From positions 1-39,684 of the IMG/VR virus record IMGVR_UViG_3300032129_000024: a stretch of DNA of 39,684 bases, one strand, 5' to 3'. Origin of the DNA: a virus (taxonomy: Duplodnaviria; Caudoviricetes). This document shows, in pieces, positions 36,609-39,684 of the stretch. A program made the translations under genes and the position numbers. Every line of letters begins with the position of its first letter. The stretch's first letter is position 1. The notes below the pieces were generated by a model. That model made no database searches. It worked only from the letters and a program-made list of their open reading frames with translations, and was not told the origin of the DNA.

Positions 36609-37072
36609 TGACAACACGATCAACATGGGAGACCGTCTGGGCTGATGTAGCTCAGGCGGTCTCCCGTCGTTCTGCCTGCGATCGTGCTCAGGTAGGTGCC
36701 GTCCTTGTCAAGGACAATCGTGTGGTCTCCACGGGCTACAATGGCCCGGCCAGCGGCCACCCAGCAGACACGTCCCAGGGCTGCCGTAGCTGGTGCCCAC
36801 GGGCAGCAGGGACAGCCCTGGACCTGCATACGGGCTATGGGTACGCCTGCCCAAGCATCCACGCCGAGGCTAACGCTCTACTGTATGCTGCACGGCCACA
36901 CTCAGAGGGGGCGACCCTGTACGTTACTCATGCCCCGTGTGCGGACTGTGCTAAGCTCATTTCCAACTCAGGCGTCGTTCGTGTTATCATGCTGAGATCT
37001 CAGGAAGACCACCGACCCGACCCTGTACCATATTTCCAGGCTTGCGGAATAGAAGTGATGGTCCTATCATGA
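36608..37072 (+). CDS. dCMP deaminase
   Basis: RSAC.RAQVGAV, STGYNG, HAEANAL, PCADC. Confidence 0.92.
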   Translation: MTTRSTWETVWADVAQAVSRRSACDRAQVGAVLVKDNRVVSTGYNGPASGHPADTSQGCRSWCPRAAGTALDLHTGYGYACPSIHAEANALLYAARPHSEGATLYVTHAPCADCAKLISNSGVVRVIMLRSQEDHRPDPVPYFQACGIEVMVLS

Positions 37073-38436
37073 AGCTAGAACTGAGAGACTCCCAGAGGGT
37101 AGCGCTGGAGGTGCTGACCGAACCCGGTCGTCACTTCGCTGCACTCTGGGCAGAGCCACGTTCAGGGAAGACAGCTGTCGCCCTAAAGTGGATCGAGCAT
37201 GTAAAGCCCGACGTCGTTATCATTGTCGGTCCCAAGATCGCTGAAGGGACCTGGAGGACCGAGGCTGCTAAGTGGCTAACGACAACCTACAGGTTCTACC
37301 CGCTGACGGCAGGCAACGAGTACCCGACCCCGGCTCTGTTCAAGGGGGTGGCGCTGCTGTTCGTCAACTACGAGCAGTTCGGCAAGGCACCGTGGAAGCG
37401 CCTGGGACCGTACATCGGCAGGCTGTCCACGCGGTTCAAGGGTCAGGGCATGATGCTCCTGGACGAGTCACACATTATCAAGACTCCCCGCTCGGTAGCT
37501 GGCAGGCACATCAGGCCGCTCGCTAATAAGTGGCACTATCGTCTATTGATGACAGGGACCCCGGTAACTAACCCGAACCAGATAGACGCGGTATACGGGC
37601 AGTGGACCTTCCTGGACCCGGACATCCGTGACCAGTGGGCAAGTGCCCGCGACTTCCGGGAGCACTTCGGGGAGTGGACTAACGTCAAGGGCTTCCCCGA
37701 GCTTATCCGTCCACGCAATCAGTTCCAGCTGAACCAGTACATCCAGCCTAACGTGATAACAATGGTCGGTCCCGGTGACCCCGTGCCCATCCACCGAATC
37801 CGTTACCCTGTGCCGGACAGCGTGACCAAGCTGCACAAGGGCATCCTCAAAGAAGGTGTCGTGGAATACGAGGGCCACACTGTTATCGGGCTGAACCCCC
37901 TGACTCGTCTGCTAAGGATGCGGACGCTGGTAGGTGGGTGGCTCAAGGACGACGAGGGCGAATCCTTCACTGTCAAGGAGGCAGCACGCGCTCGTCTGGC
38001 AGCGCTTGGGAAGGTGCTGGGCTGGTGTGACGGCAAGATCATAATCGCGTGCACCCATCTCTGGGAAATCAAGCTGGTGAAACGCTACCTGGACCTCAAG
38101 TCCGTGGGGCACTTGGTTATCACCGGGGCCACACCTAATAAGGGCCACGTCATTGAGGCCTTCCAGCGGGACCGTGAGGCCCGTGTGCTGCTGGTGCAGC
38201 CGAGGACCGTGGCAATGGCCGTAGACATCTCGGTCGCCAACGACCTCATCTGGTATACCAGCGACTTCAACTACGTCACGTTCAAGCAAGCAAGCGACCG
38301 GATCAAGCTGTCGCCAGCTAGTCCTAACGTGTGGTTCTTATGTGGCCGGGGCACTGTGGACGAGGACGTGTGGACCACCCTCCAGGAAGACCACGACCAC
38401 CTATCCAAGGTAATCAAGCGGATCCGCCGTGACTAA
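37069..38436 (+). CDS. SNF2-like DNA helicase
   Basis: EPRSGKT, LLDESH, MTGTP, QASDRI; ATGA overlap at 37069. Confidence 0.88.
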   Translation: MKLELRDSQRVALEVLTEPGRHFAALWAEPRSGKTAVALKWIEHVKPDVVIIVGPKIAEGTWRTEAAKWLTTTYRFYPLTAGNEYPTPALFKGVALLFVNYEQFGKAPWKRLGPYIGRLSTRFKGQGMMLLDESHIIKTPRSVAGRHIRPLANKWHYRLLMTGTPVTNPNQIDAVYGQWTFLDPDIRDQWASARDFREHFGEWTNVKGFPELIRPRNQFQLNQYIQPNVITMVGPGDPVPIHRIRYPVPDSVTKLHKGILKEGVVEYEGHTVIGLNPLTRLLRMRTLVGGWLKDDEGESFTVKEAARARLAALGKVLGWCDGKIIIACTHLWEIKLVKRYLDLKSVGHLVITGATPNKGHVIEAFQRDREARVLLVQPRTVAMAVDISVANDLIWYTSDFNYVTFKQASDRIKLSPASPNVWFLCGRGTVDEDVWTTLQEDHDHLSKVIKRIRRD

Positions 38437-38470
38437 CTGAAATATATTTCTCAAATAGGTCGGCGTGGGC

Positions 38471-38499
38471 TTGCACTCTCCCGAACCGTGTGTAATACT
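38471..38499 (+). promoter_or_regulatory. Probable promoter TTGCAC...TAATACT with AT-rich upstream palindrome GAAATATATTTC
   Basis: Intergenic; -35 matches the genome pattern, -10 spacing imperfect. Confidence 0.5.
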
Positions 38500-38567
38500 T
38501 GCTCTTGTCAGCAAGTGGCACACAAGCCAAGCAACACCCTCACACATCAAATATCAAGGAGAACATC

Positions 38568-39011
38568 ATGGCAGTCGCAAAGAACACCAAGGCAGCAGTC
38601 CTCGACAACGAGCTGGACATCGAAGAGACCGAAGCCGAGGTTGAGGTGCAGCCCACCGACAAGCAGATCATCAACGAGGGCATCGGCCGCGTCCTCGAGT
38701 CCCTGACGGTTCCCGGTCAGCACAACCGATACAAGGCCATGCGAGCCATCGCCTTCCAGGCGTTCTCCAACGCCATCGCCGACGGCACCTTCGACGACCT
38801 CGTCGATGAGGCCATCAGCAACGTCGACGCACTGCCGTCCGGCTGGGAAATCGAGCGGGCCGAGAAGACCGAAGAGGTCGTCGCCCCCGTCAAGAAGGCC
38901 CCCGTCGCCAAGGCCAAGGCCGCTCCTGCTGCCAAGGCTGCACCGGCCAAGACCACGGCTGCCAAGGCTGCTCCGGCTGCCAAGACCCCGCGTCGCCGTC
39001 CGGCGCGCTAA
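38568..39011 (+). CDS. Hypothetical protein with histone H1-like Ala/Lys/Pro tail
   Basis: RBS AAGGAG; acidic N-terminal domain; repeated AKAAPA tail. Confidence 0.85.
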   Translation: MAVAKNTKAAVLDNELDIEETEAEVEVQPTDKQIINEGIGRVLESLTVPGQHNRYKAMRAIAFQAFSNAIADGTFDDLVDEAISNVDALPSGWEIERAEKTEEVVAPVKKAPVAKAKAAPAAKAAPAKTTAAKAAPAAKTPRRRPAR

Positions 39012-39015
39012 TGCT

Positions 39016-39065
39016 CACGGGTAGTCATTAGTTCTTCCCCCCTGTGGGACTAGTGGCTGCCCGTG
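39016..39065 (+). other. 20-bp RNA hairpin with five U·G pairs
   Basis: CACGGGTAGTCATTAGTTCT pairs with GGGACTAGTGGCTGCCCGTG. Confidence 0.75.
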
Positions 39066-39071
39066 TTCGCC

Positions 39072-39180
39072 GGGCCAATAGCTCAACCGGCAGAGCACTC
39101 ACATGAGGACGCCAAGGCCCTTCCCCGCCATGGATAAGTCCCGGAGAGATACGTAGGTTCGAATCCTACTTGGTCCACCA
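39072..39180 (+). ncRNA. tRNA-like RNA with Ala identity elements and an expanded, non-canonical anticodon region
   Basis: Acceptor stem GGGCCAA/TTGGTCC + ACCA; D arm GCTC-AACCGGCA-GAGC; T arm GTAGG-TTCGAAT-CCTAC; ~41 nt where a 7-nt anticodon loop should be. Confidence 0.85.
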
Positions 39181-39212
39181 CTAAACTGAACATGAACAAT
39201 AGGAGTCCACCT

Positions 39213-39684
39213 ATGGAATTACTGATTAGCGATGACGTCGCTGAGGTTAGAAAATACCTCGCTTCATCTACCGCTCCACTCATCGTTGACATAGAGACCA
39301 CGTCTCTCACCGTCAGCAAGGGTCGCATCCTGTGTGTCGCCTTCGCCCCGTACGACCGCGAGGACGTGCTGGTGTGGTGGCCCCGTGACCTAGCAGAGAT
39401 CGCCCAGCTGCGACTCAATCGCATGGTCGCACACAACTCGCCGTTCGATAAGCGCTGGCTCAAGAGCTATGGTGCCAAGTGCCGAGTCATCTGGGACACG
39501 ATGTTCATGGCTCATCTGCTGGACGAGAATCACCCCATCGGTCTCAAGGACTTGGGTGAGCGCCTACTTGGGTATCAGTCTTGGGCTGACGACAACGTGA
39601 AGCACTTGGGCGACGAGTTCCTGCCACACGTACCCAAGGTCCAGCAGGCTAAGTCCAAGGCCCGTATCAGCACGTATGCAGGCA
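39213..39684 (+). CDS. polA: DNA polymerase family A, N-terminal 3'-5' exonuclease part (continues at position 1/128)
   Basis: RBS AGGAG; MELLISDD...VDIET (ExoI), AHNSPFD (ExoII), WDTMFMAHLLDEN; absent from the ORF track because it crosses the window end. Confidence 0.95.
   Translation, partial: MELLISDDVAEVRKYLASSTAPLIVDIETTSLTVSKGRILCVAFAPYDREDVLVWWPRDLAEIAQLRLNRMVAHNSPFDKRWLKSYGAKCRVIWDTMFMAHLLDENHPIGLKDLGERLLGYQSWADDNVKHLGDEFLPHVPKVQQAKSKARISTYAG
39558..39684. repeat. Terminal direct repeat copy 2 (circular-assembly overlap)
   Basis: Identical to 1-127. Confidence 0.97.

Noticed and set aside
39072-39180. Ordinary tRNA or tmRNA call
   Set aside because: No 7-nt anticodon loop; too short for tmRNA and it retains a paired D stem, so it is reported as a tRNA-like ncRNA
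39558-39684. 127-bp terminal repeat as a biological direct terminal repeat
   Set aside because: It falls mid-gene in the polymerase and equals a common assembler k-mer length; best explained as circular overlap

Overview
Apparently complete ~39,557-bp circular (probably circularly permuted) genome of a lytic, GC-rich actinobacterial siphovirus. The last 127 nt duplicate the first 127 nt, and the break falls inside the DNA polymerase gene. Gene content and order resemble Microbacterium cluster EA-type phages (inference). The minus strand (28.4 kb to 7.5 kb) carries terminase, portal, MuF-like, scaffold, capsid, head-tail, tail, tape measure, tail-tip proteins (one with a GH18 domain), amidase endolysin and holin. 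The plus strand (28.9 kb through the join to 7.4 kb) carries small early genes, many behind near-identical TTGCnn-17-TAnnnT promoters. It also carries a pyrimidine-modification set: a T4 gp42-like dCMP hydroxymethylase with the cytosine-specifying Asp, a GT-A glycosyltransferase, a dNMP kinase, a dimeric dUTPase/dCTPase, a dCMP deaminase and a 5-hmdU-DNA-kinase (aGPT-Pplase1)-like protein. Replication genes follow: helicase, family A polymerase, Cas4-like nuclease, AAA ATPase, SSB-like protein, VRR-NUC and primase-helicase. No integrase or repressor was seen. The most unusual items are a 109-nt tRNA-shaped RNA with alanine identity (G3·U70, A73, CCA) whose anticodon loop is replaced by a ~41-nt insert and which follows a 20-bp G·U-rich hairpin, the hybrid cytosine/uracil hypermodification gene set, and a tail-tip domain apparently split across genes. 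All family assignments come from motif recognition by eye, not from database searches.
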